Part shown: positions 49,138 through 57,043 of the stretch, piece after piece
Layout: each line of letters starts with the position of its first letter
How positions within the stretch are numbered: position 1 is the stretch's first letter
Assembly: GCA_016839765.1 (NCBI GenBank)
Contig: JAEOTP010000064.1
Coordinates: 1 to 57,043, forward strand
Length of the DNA stretch: 57,043 bases
DNA from: Promethearchaeota archaeon
Lineage (GTDB): Archaea; Asgardarchaeota; Lokiarchaeia; Sigyniarchaeales; SOKP01
Reading direction: 5' to 3'
The notes under the pieces: model-generated
What the model was told of the DNA's origin: nothing
Databases searched by the model: none
What the model saw: only the letters and a program-made list of their open reading frames with translations
Made by a program: the position numbers and the translations under genes

Positions 49138-50241
49138 TTAAAAACGTTGTAAGCAGAATTTTATTCCAGGCAAAATATGATAACCAATACCTAATATATG
49201 AGGTGTAAGTGCTGCTTTTGGATCAGAATATATTTCATAATCATGTTCAATTCCTAATTCTGCTAACTTTTCATGAAGACTAATAGCCACCTCTACGAGT
49301 CTAAATTCATCTGTGCTTTCACAATTTAATTGTAAATGAACCTTCCTTAAAGAATCGGGGAATTTTTCAATTAAATTAATTAGATCATTTTTTGCCCAGT
49401 TTTTGAATGCTTCTTTATTATAATCAATGATATTTCCATGTTCATCTCTTTTAATAGTTGGTATTAATCTATTATCATGAGAAAAAATGAGGTCATAAGT
49501 ATCAATAATATCATTCCAAGCAGAATCCCCTACTTGAGCTGCCAATTTTTCACCAAAAAGCTCTATATAAATTGGAATTCTTAATTGCCAGTCCAAACCT
49601 TCCATATTCCTTGCATTTCCAGGACTTAAAGCACAAATAGAATTATATTTTTCAGGATGATGAAGACCTAAGTAAAATGCTCCATAACCTCCCATTGAAC
49701 AGCCAATTAATGCTCTATGGTTTTTATCAGGAATAGTTCTGTAGTTAGAATCTATATAATTTATGACATCATTAACAATATAATCCATATAATTACCTGT
49801 GTATGGGGAATTTACATAAAAACTCCCTTTAGTCATAATATTACCCCTTAAATCCTTTCGTTTAAATATATTAGGAACTTGTAGGCTTCCATCAGGTTGA
49901 ACATAAATAAATGGTTTTAGATCGCCTTTTTGAATTAAGTCATCTAGAATTTCAAAGGTCAATAATCGATCAATATCTAATTTTTCAAGAATTTTTTGTG
50001 GAGCCACCTGAAAATCAAAAGCTTTATCTTTTGAATCTTTCGATGTGGTTGTCCAGCTCCAATTATTTCCAGAATATCCATGTAGAAGATAAATTACTGG
50101 ATATCTTTTATCATCCTCTTCATAATAATCAGGAGGTAAATAAATATTAATATCTCGATCCGAAGGACTATTTAGTGGATTGTTTTCTAAACTCTCAGCA
50201 TGAAAATTATCGATTATATATCTATCATTACTCTTTGACAA
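49138..50241 (-). CDS. Alpha/beta-hydrolase esterase
   Basis: IYLPPDY, YPVIYLLHG, GCSMGGYGA. Confidence 0.87.
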   Translation of the reverse strand: MSKSNDRYIIDNFHAESLENNPLNSPSDRDINIYLPPDYYEEDDKRYPVIYLLHGYSGNNWSWTTTSKDSKDKAFDFQVAPQKILEKLDIDRLLTFEILDDLIQKGDLKPFIYVQPDGSLQVPNIFKRKDLRGNIMTKGSFYVNSPYTGNYMDYIVNDVINYIDSNYRTIPDKNHRALIGCSMGGYGAFYLGLHHPEKYNSICALSPGNARNMEGLDWQLRIPIYIELFGEKLAAQVGDSAWNDIIDTYDLIFSHDNRLIPTIKRDEHGNIIDYNKEAFKNWAKNDLINLIEKFPDSLRKVHLQLNCESTDEFRLVEVAISLHEKLAELGIEHDYEIYSDPKAALTPHILGIGYHILPGIKFCLQRF

Positions 50242-50325
50242 ATTAGTCTACCTGTAATAAAATTTAAATTAATATAATAAAGCGTTTAATCTTTAAAAAT
50301 TATTTTAGGATAAGTAAATATGCTC

Positions 50326-50577
50326 TTATTTACTTTTTTTAGGATCAATCCATTCAGCATAAATCTCTTCAATAGATAAAGATTTATTTCGATGGCATTT
50401 TTCACATTCTTCATCAGTTAACTTCTTAAAAGTATAATCACCTGCTTTGAAGGGTCGTTCATACTTTACTTTGCATTCCTTACATTTAATAACTGATGTT
50501 TTCTTTTGGATAAATCTATCTTTTCTGTCAATATCTCCAAGATCTGGTATATCCGGGAATTGGGGTTCCTCTGCCAA
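50326..50577 (-). CDS. Small Zn-ribbon protein
   Basis: CKEC...RPFKAGDY...CEKC...IEEIY. Confidence 0.75.
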   Translation of the reverse strand: MAEEPQFPDIPDLGDIDRKDRFIQKKTSVIKCKECKVKYERPFKAGDYTFKKLTDEECEKCHRNKSLSIEEIYAEWIDPKKSK

Positions 50578-50646
50578 TTAAAACACCTTATATTTATTTC
50601 TTATAATTATAATTATTCAGTACTATTAACTTTTTAGATTCTCAAC

Positions 50647-50664
50647 TAAAAGTGTTGGAACTTA
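50647..50664 (+). repeat. 18-bp direct repeat copy 1 (TAAAAGTGTTGGAACTTA)
   Basis: Identical to 51888-51905. Confidence 0.85.
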
Positions 50665-50779
50665 ATTATGTAATAAGGTTTTACTTTCTTCAGAGATTCC
50701 AACTTTTAAAAGTTTGACCATAAGACTAAATAAACGGTTCTATACTATTTTAAATAATAAAGAAATTTTAATTTAATTT

Positions 50780-51745
50780 ATGAAGAAATCTAAACTATTA
50801 CACATTCTAATAGTCGTATCACTAGCTATACTATTTACTATTAGTTTATTTTATTTAACTTTAGAGTTCCATAATCTCCTGAATAAAATTTTATTACCGG
50901 TATTTCCAGGAACAACTCTTTATATTGTCGACTCTCCACTTATTAGATTAATTGGTTTAATATGTCTCTGCTTCATTATAGCAGTAATTATGTTAGGATT
51001 TATAGTGAAGAGGTTAGTAATATCTAAGGTTGGATCTTTTGTACTATTTCTACCCACATTTGCCCACTTCTTTATGGCGATGTTCCTACTTGGAGGTCTT
51101 CAAGTATTTCAAATTATGTTATTACCTTTAGATTCATCTGAATTTAATATACTAACACTTGGTTCTATTATTAAATTACCTTACTTGATTATTGATTATT
51201 TAGCTTCTTTTTCATCAAATGCAGACTTAGTTGTAAGATATTTTTGTTATGGAATTATACTAATTGGTCTTATAATATTCGCTTTTGGAGTAGTTGCGTG
51301 GCTTCAAGGAGTAACCTATAAAAAAGAAATTGTAGATTTCTCAATTTATAAATATTCACGCCATCCTCAATTCCTAGGATATCTTATATGGAGTTATGGT
51401 ACATATCTTTTAACCTTAATACCAATTACTAGTTATCCAAAAGGTGCGAAGTTTTTTGAATATACATTTGTTTGGTTTCTTTCGGCATTGATAATCATAG
51501 GGATTGCATTATATGAAGAAATCATGATGAATAATAAATTCCCTGAAAAATATGATGGGTATCAAAAAAAAACACCATTTTTAATTCCTCTTCCTAATTT
51601 TATTAAAATTACAGTAACCGCTCCACTAAGACTTGTCTTCAAGAGAGATCTCCCTAAAAATAGAAAAGAAATCATTTTTCTATTAGCTTTTCACGGATCT
51701 ATAATTATTATATTTTCTCTTCTATTAAACCTTTTTATAACATAA
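50780..51745 (+). CDS. ICMT/PEMT-like (DUF1295) membrane methyltransferase family protein
   Basis: IYKYSRHPQFLG, EE..M...F...Y..YQKKTPFLIP. Confidence 0.78.
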   Translation: MKKSKLLHILIVVSLAILFTISLFYLTLEFHNLLNKILLPVFPGTTLYIVDSPLIRLIGLICLCFIIAVIMLGFIVKRLVISKVGSFVLFLPTFAHFFMAMFLLGGLQVFQIMLLPLDSSEFNILTLGSIIKLPYLIIDYLASFSSNADLVVRYFCYGIILIGLIIFAFGVVAWLQGVTYKKEIVDFSIYKYSRHPQFLGYLIWSYGTYLLTLIPITSYPKGAKFFEYTFVWFLSALIIIGIALYEEIMMNNKFPEKYDGYQKKTPFLIPLPNFIKITVTAPLRLVFKRDLPKNRKEIIFLLAFHGSIIIIFSLLLNLFIT

Positions 51746-51887
51746 ATTCCATCAATTTAATGGGAAGTTCAGAAAAGTCAATCTAGACAAGGAAAGGGAG
51801 AAGTAATCTAAGTGAAATTTTTATGATAAAGGAGAAAATTGAACCCTTTTGAGATTAATAGAAGGTGAATTTTAATCCAATATTAAT

Positions 51888-51905
51888 TAAAAGTGTTGGA
51901 ACTTA
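51888..51905 (+). repeat. 18-bp direct repeat copy 2 (TAAAAGTGTTGGAACTTA)
   Basis: Identical to 50647-50664; abuts the pirin stop codon. Confidence 0.85.
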
Positions 51906-52760
51906 TTAATATTTAATAAAAGTACCATTTTGATACTCTCGAAAAGCAATTCTTAGTTCCTCATCAGTGTTCATTACTATGGGACCACGCCACGCAACAG
52001 GTTCTTTTATGGGTTTTCCAGAAATTAAAAGAAATCGAACGTTCTTGTATGTGGTTCTTATTAAAACATGATCACCTCCTCGATAAATTACCAGATTTTC
52101 AGCTCCAACAAGATTTTCGTTATCTTCATCAAAATAAGCTTCTCCTTCTATTACATAGGCGATAACATTATTTCCTTCCTTAATTGAATGCTTAAGTTCT
52201 GAATTGGGATCCATAGCAACGTCTAAATATTCCGGTTCAGTGACTATATCTTCCACTGGTCCTTTAGTTCCATTTATTTCCCCAGCAATTATTTTAACTT
52301 TCACTTTATCATTAATAGAAACTTCAGGTATTTGTTCCTTCTTAACCTCACGGTATCGTGGTTCCATCATTTTAAATGACGCAGGTAAATTTGCCCATAA
52401 TTGAAATCCCGCTAATTTTGGATCATTCTCGTCCTTATGAGGCATCTCTTGATGAACTATCCCTGAGCCTGCCGTCATCCACTGAACATCTCCAGCTTCA
52501 ATAACTCCTCCATTTCCTAAACTATCACCATGCTCGACTTTTCCATGAAGTATATAAGTAATTGTTTCAATTCCGCGATGTGGATGCCAAGGAAACCCTG
52601 CAATATAGTCATTGGGGTCATCGGAATGAAAGTCATCTAAGAGTAAAAAAGGATCAAGTGATGGATCAGCATATCCAAAAGCTCGTTTTAATCTAACTCC
52701 CGCTCCTTCCGTAGTTGATCTGCTTTTCAAAGTTAATTTTACCTTTCTAATTTTATTCAT
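51906..52760 (-). CDS. Pirin family protein
   Basis: DPFLLLD, GFPWHPHRGIETITY, QWMTAGSGIVHQE, GPIVMNT. Confidence 0.95.
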   Translation of the reverse strand: MNKIRKVKLTLKSRSTTEGAGVRLKRAFGYADPSLDPFLLLDDFHSDDPNDYIAGFPWHPHRGIETITYILHGKVEHGDSLGNGGVIEAGDVQWMTAGSGIVHQEMPHKDENDPKLAGFQLWANLPASFKMMEPRYREVKKEQIPEVSINDKVKVKIIAGEINGTKGPVEDIVTEPEYLDVAMDPNSELKHSIKEGNNVIAYVIEGEAYFDEDNENLVGAENLVIYRGGDHVLIRTTYKNVRFLLISGKPIKEPVAWRGPIVMNTDEELRIAFREYQNGTFIKY

Positions 52761-52940
52761 TTTTTTGCCCTTTAAACTTTAAATTATATAATCTAAGCAT
52801 AGGAGTTTAGGTAAAAATAGATTTTCATTATAAACAATAAGGAGAACACAGAGAATAATTAAAAATTACAAAAAAACAAGAAAATTTTTTATAAACTAAA
52901 AATGTAAGATCAATTTCGATAAATAATTAAAAACTAAATT

Positions 52941-53762
52941 TCAATCCTTTAATTCTTCTGCTTCACTTCCTTTAAGATCTTCTTCTTGTTTTTCTGGTTT
53001 CTCTTTTTCTTCTATTTTTTGTTCTTCTTTGATTTCTTCCTCTTCACCTTCTTCTTCTGGTTCTGGCTCTGGCTCTGGTTCTGGTGGTTTAGGCTCACGA
53101 GATATTATTACTTTCGCATACCGAATTACCTCTTTATCTAATTTCCATCCATCTTGGATAACATCTATGATGGTATTATTAGGCACATCATCTCTTTCAA
53201 CAGAGCTTAAGGCTTCATGATAATTATAGTCAAAAAGATCGTTGCTGTTCACTTTAGTCGGTTCCGCTTTATGAGATTTTAAGATATTCATAAATTGATC
53301 ATAAAAACCTTTTAATATATCATTCTGAGGATTTTCATTTTCAAGGGCTTTCTTAAAGGAATCATATAATGGTAAGAAGGTTTTTAATATTGAAGCAGTG
53401 TACTGAACTCTTAAATTTTGGCGATTTTTATCCCACCTTTTTTGAGCGTTTTCGAATTCTGCTTGAAGGCGCATGAACTTATTTTTCCAATCATTTGCTT
53501 GATTTTGAAATTGGGATAATTTTTCCACTGACTCTTTAAGATTTTTTTCTAAGTCTTGAATTTTTCCAAGTATTTCATCTTTAGAGAAATATTCTAATTT
53601 TTGAGGCTCTTCGCCTTCAATCTGTTTAATTTCAGTTTGCCCTTCTGTTTTTGATTCGTCTTCTATTTTATCAGTAGATGCCTGAGAATAATCTGATTTT
53701 ATTTCATTGTTTACTTGAGATTCTTTCTCTTTCTCTTCTCTTTCTTTACTTTTCCGGGTCAT
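52941..53762 (-). CDS. grpE: Nucleotide exchange factor GrpE with acidic/PE-repeat tail
   Basis: RLQAEFEN..KR, LP..DSF.KAL, FD..YHEA, V.Q.GW.L..VIR.AKV. Confidence 0.92.
   Translation of the reverse strand: MTRKSKEREEKEKESQVNNEIKSDYSQASTDKIEDESKTEGQTEIKQIEGEEPQKLEYFSKDEILGKIQDLEKNLKESVEKLSQFQNQANDWKNKFMRLQAEFENAQKRWDKNRQNLRVQYTASILKTFLPLYDSFKKALENENPQNDILKGFYDQFMNILKSHKAEPTKVNSNDLFDYNYHEALSSVERDDVPNNTIIDVIQDGWKLDKEVIRYAKVIISREPKPPEPEPEPEPEEEGEEEEIKEEQKIEEKEKPEKQEEDLKGSEAEELKD
53055..53084 (-). repeat. Hexamer repeat (YTCTGG)x5 encoding (PE)5 in GrpE
   Basis: Read directly. Confidence 0.8.
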
Positions 53763-53969
53763 ATTCGCATCTCTTTATATTTCATAAAGATTTAGTTTTA
53801 ATAACTTATAATATCCAGTTTAAAAATCATTTTTATAATGATCTCTATATCATAAAAATTTTAAATTTTACCATTAATTATTATTTTAATAGGAAATAAT
53901 GTAGAATAAAAATATTATATTATAATTGAATTATATTGATTAATAATCTGAGTAAAGTGATATTTCATC

Positions 53970-55967
53970 ATGAGTGAAGAAAAAACAGAAAAACCGAAAA
54001 AGAAAGAAAGAGTAATCGGAATCGATCTAGGGACTTCAAATAGCGCATGTGCTGTCTTAGGTGGTACTGGAAAACCTGAAATCATTCCAGCTGCCGAAGG
54101 TCGTACATTAGGAGGAAAAGCTTTTCCATCATATGTAGCCTTCGATGAGAATGGTCGTAAAATAGTGGGGGAACCTGCTCGTCGTCAGGCAGTTTCAAAC
54201 CCCGATGGTACTGTTACAGCAATTAAACGTAAGATGGGTCTATCATATAAAGCTAAAATTAAAGTAGGAAAAGAGTGGAAAGAGTTTTCACCCGAAGAAA
54301 TTAGTGCAATGATACTCACAAAAATAAAAAATGATGCAGCAGCGTATCTTGGTGAGGAAGTAAAGAAAGCGGTTATTACTGTACCGGCTTACTTTAATGA
54401 TGCCCAGAGAACAGCTACGAAAAATGCTGGTGAAATTGCAGGATTAGAAGTCGTACGAATGATTAATGAACCAACAGCAGCGTGTCTTGCTTACGGTCTT
54501 GATAAAGATACGAAGGACAAGCTTTATAAAATATGTGTTTTAGATTTGGGCGGAGGTACCTTTGATATTACTTTAATGGAGTATGGTGAAGGGGTTGTAG
54601 AAGTCCTTTCTACAGCTGGAGATACTCAACTTGGTGGAACCGATATGGATAACGCCATTATTGACTGGGTTGCCGAGGAATTTAAGAAGAAAGAAGGTAT
54701 TGATCTAAAAGGAGATAATAAGGCTATGATTAGAATTAAGGATGCTGCTGAAAAAGCAAAAATAGAATTATCTACAACCTTATCCACACAAATAAATCTA
54801 CCTTATATTACGCAAAAAGAAGCAAACCCTGTTCATTTAGAAATGGAACTTACTAGAGCTAAATTAGAACAATTAATTGAACCAACCTTGAGAAGATTAG
54901 ATCCCATTATGCAAAGAGCCGTATCAGATGCTAAAATTCCTCCAAATAATGTGGATAAAGTCATATTAGTTGGTGGTCCAACAAGAATGCCTTCTGTTCA
55001 GGAACGATTTAAAAAATTCTTTAAAAAAGAACCAGAACATTCAGTTGATCCTATGGAGTGCGTAGCAATTGGAGCATCAATTCAAGGAGGAATTATTGCA
55101 GGAGATGTAGAAGATCTACTATTATTGGATGTCACTCCATTATCATTAGGCGTAGAAACTTTAGGTGGTGTGTTTACTAAATTAATAGAAAGAAACACTA
55201 CTATACCAACTGAGAAAAAACAAACCTTCAGTACAGCCGCAGATAATCAACCAGCAGTTACTATCAATGTCTTGCAAGGAGAACGAGCAATGGCTAAAGA
55301 TAATATTTCATTAGGGATGTTTCATTTAACTGGTATACCTCCTGCCCCTCGTGGTATGCCTCAAATTGAAGTAAAATTCTCTATTGATGCTGATGGTATA
55401 GTCCATGTTACTGCTAAAGATTTAGGAACTGGAAAAGAAACAGGGATTACAGTTACAGGCGCTAGAGGATTAAGTGAAGAGGAGATCCAACAAAAAGTTA
55501 GAGATGCTGAAAAGTTTGAAGAAGAAGATAAAAAAGTGCGAGAATCGATCGAGGTCAAAAATAATGCTGATTCAATGATTTATCAAACAAGGAAATTAAT
55601 GGAAGACAATAAAGATAAAATACAAGATAATGAGAAAAATGAAATAGAAGCAGCAATCAAATCTTTAGAGGAAGATATAAAGACCGATGATGTAAATAGA
55701 ATTAAAATGGGTATTGAAAATTTACAAAAATCTATGTATGGTTTTTCTCAGAGAATTTATGCTTCGCAGACCCAAGACCAAGTATATCAACAGGCTGCTG
55801 AACAAGCTCAGCGAGCTGCAAGTGGTATGGGTGATGTTCCACCAGGTGGTATGGGTGGAACCCCTCCAGGAGAAGCTGGTACTGGAGAAGGTGGTGCGAC
55901 ATATAAAAAGGAAAAGGAAGAAGATAAGAAGAAGAAAGTAGTAGATGTCGATTGGGACGAGGATTAA
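53970..55967 (+). CDS. dnaK: Hsp70 chaperone DnaK
   Basis: [42 protein letters not shown]. Confidence 0.98.
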   Translation: MSEEKTEKPKKKERVIGIDLGTSNSACAVLGGTGKPEIIPAAEGRTLGGKAFPSYVAFDENGRKIVGEPARRQAVSNPDGTVTAIKRKMGLSYKAKIKVGKEWKEFSPEEISAMILTKIKNDAAAYLGEEVKKAVITVPAYFNDAQRTATKNAGEIAGLEVVRMINEPTAACLAYGLDKDTKDKLYKICVLDLGGGTFDITLMEYGEGVVEVLSTAGDTQLGGTDMDNAIIDWVAEEFKKKEGIDLKGDNKAMIRIKDAAEKAKIELSTTLSTQINLPYITQKEANPVHLEMELTRAKLEQLIEPTLRRLDPIMQRAVSDAKIPPNNVDKVILVGGPTRMPSVQERFKKFFKKEPEHSVDPMECVAIGASIQGGIIAGDVEDLLLLDVTPLSLGVETLGGVFTKLIERNTTIPTEKKQTFSTAADNQPAVTINVLQGERAMAKDNISLGMFHLTGIPPAPRGMPQIEVKFSIDADGIVHVTAKDLGTGKETGITVTGARGLSEEEIQQKVRDAEKFEEEDKKVRESIEVKNNADSMIYQTRKLMEDNKDKIQDNEKNEIEAAIKSLEEDIKTDDVNRIKMGIENLQKSMYGFSQRIYASQTQDQVYQQAAEQAQRAASGMGDVPPGGMGGTPPGEAGTGEGGATYKKEKEEDKKKKVVDVDWDED

Positions 55968-55986
55968 ATTTCGATCCTTTCAAAAG

Positions 55987-56036
55987 AAAATGAATTTTTT
56001 CTTTTATTCCATTCATTTTTTAAAATCTTTTTTTCA
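55987..56036 (+). terminator. Putative dnaK terminator
   Basis: AAAATGAAT/ATTCATTTT inverted repeat and several oligo-T tracts. Confidence 0.35.
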
Positions 56037-56172
56037 AATACCAAACCCAATATTGATCCATTTTTTTGATGAAATTTTGGGTTAAAAAGAATAAAAAAGA
56101 ATAAAAAAATTTTAGATGGTTAATATCTAATCGTTCTAAATTTAAAAGATTATAAAGCCCTTCAAAACCGTC

Positions 56173-56412
56173 TTAGCGAGTAATAATAATTATAGTTATA
56201 ATAATAATAATGAATACTACTACGGGAATGCATTTAAGAATGCAAAGGTAATCTGTATATTTATCTACTTGTTCTTGTTTTATATCAGAGATCTTCGCCC
56301 CACAATGAGGACAATATTCGGGTATCTCTGCAGAAATGATATCAATACTTTGGAGAGACGACCTTGCAGGGTGAATAAGCCGTCCGCACTTTTCACATCG
56401 TGGTGTTTTCAT
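56173..56412 (-). CDS. Small Zn-ribbon protein with C-terminal TM anchor
   Basis: CEKCG...YCPHCG and a hydrophobic tail. Confidence 0.7.
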   Translation of the reverse strand: MKTPRCEKCGRLIHPARSSLQSIDIISAEIPEYCPHCGAKISDIKQEQVDKYTDYLCILKCIPVVVFIIIIITIIIITR

Positions 56413-56575
56413 TTATTTACTTTTTAATTTTATTAGGATTTCTTTTTGTGCTACCAATAATTATTAATTATTTAGAAATTTAAAGGTTCTTTTTTAAAAT
56501 CTTTTTTACAATTACCAAATAATATTCATTTTTGATTAAATTCTAAAAAAAATAAAGAAATTATGATTTATAGAT

Positions 56576-56806
56576 TTACAAACCTTTCAATTTTATAGCG
56601 AGGAAAAATAGAATCCAAGAGAAAAAGAATACTATTATAGCAATCAGCAGCCATGATTGGAAATTCGCTAAACCAAAAAGATGGATTGAAGGTAATATAA
56701 GATCATTCCAAAATATAACAGATACGTCGAGTAAGATGAATAGTCCGAAAATCCATAAGAGAAAGGTTATAACTACAATAAATTTACTTGGTGGGGTCCA
56801 TGCCAT
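56576..56806 (-). CDS. Small hypothetical membrane protein
   Basis: Two TM segments, MAWTPPSK start. Confidence 0.65.
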   Translation of the reverse strand: MAWTPPSKFIVVITFLLWIFGLFILLDVSVIFWNDLILPSIHLFGLANFQSWLLIAIIVFFFSWILFFLAIKLKGL

Positions 56807-57043
56807 TACTTATGCACTATTTTAAAATTTTTTTAAGAATAAAACTTAGTATATTAATATTTGATAAAGTTTTATAAAAGTATTTCAATTTCTAAGTATT
56901 TACAAGTTATAATATACACTTATGTCAGGTTTTTGTTTAAGCTCTACCTAATTTTGATTAAATTTTATGGTAATTCCGATTAACCACTCAGAGAAAATTA
57001 TGGAAGATTAGCTAAAATATAATCAATAAGTTCAGTATGATTA

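Noticed and set aside
50647-50708. Integron attC site or CRISPR repeat
   Set aside because: Core order and consensus do not fit RYYYAAC...GTTRRRY; only two copies 1.2 kb apart; no integrase or cas genes.
4075-56016. Other short ORFs overlapping real genes (e.g. 4075, 4981, 7775, 9742, 14309, 19934, 20749, 21307, 23715, 23900, 25985, 30064, 30721, 31973, 33025, 34140, 34919, 37434, 37752, 38027, 41630, 43612, 44067, 48249, 49911, 52204, 53029, 53678, 55361, 55714, 55732)
   Set aside because: Antisense or alternate-frame to well-supported CDSs, with no recognisable motifs.
1-57043. Genome-wide UGA reassignment (to Trp, Cys or Gly)
   Set aside because: TGA ends several complete genes (hdrD-like, DUF998-like, FixC-like, grpE), and in-frame TGAs are nearly confined to the two redox genes.
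1-57043. tRNA (including tRNA-Sec), rRNA or transposase genes
   Set aside because: No cloverleaf-like or long GC-rich non-coding segment and no transposase-like ORF seen by eye; tRNAscan/Secmarker were not run.

Overview
AT-rich archaeal genomic DNA, most likely Asgard (Lokiarchaeia/Promethearchaeota). This assignment is inferred from a Loki-type profilin, Rag-like and MglA-like GTPases, an arrestin-fold protein, PAN, archaeal uL16/L10e and a eukaryote-like SECIS. No rRNA, tRNA, CRISPR array or intact transposase was seen. The left 15 kb is a minus-strand heterodisulfide-reductase/flavin-bifurcation locus: hdrA, mvhD, two frhB/fdhB-like genes, an hdrD-like gene, a large hdrA, mvhD, plus a third hdrA running off the window. 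The ORF track breaks its first two genes, which are really selenoprotein genes. One is a 646-aa HdrA with four in-frame TGA codons and the other a 152-aa MvhD/VhuD with two; all six align to cysteines of Cys-containing paralogues in the same locus. A eukaryote-type SECIS hairpin (AUGA core, 10-bp helix, AAA apical loop, GA) sits at the vhuD 3' end, and its core UGA is the vhuD stop codon. Other highlights: at least four genes appear to start at ATT/ATA; an F420-enzyme (FrhB) fusion shares an Ig-like tail with the arrestin-like protein and lies just upstream of a Rag-like GTPase; the B12 mutase has isobutyryl-CoA-mutase specificity residues; an acyl-CoA ligase alpha homolog lacks its phospho-His loop; and an 18-bp direct repeat brackets one gene.
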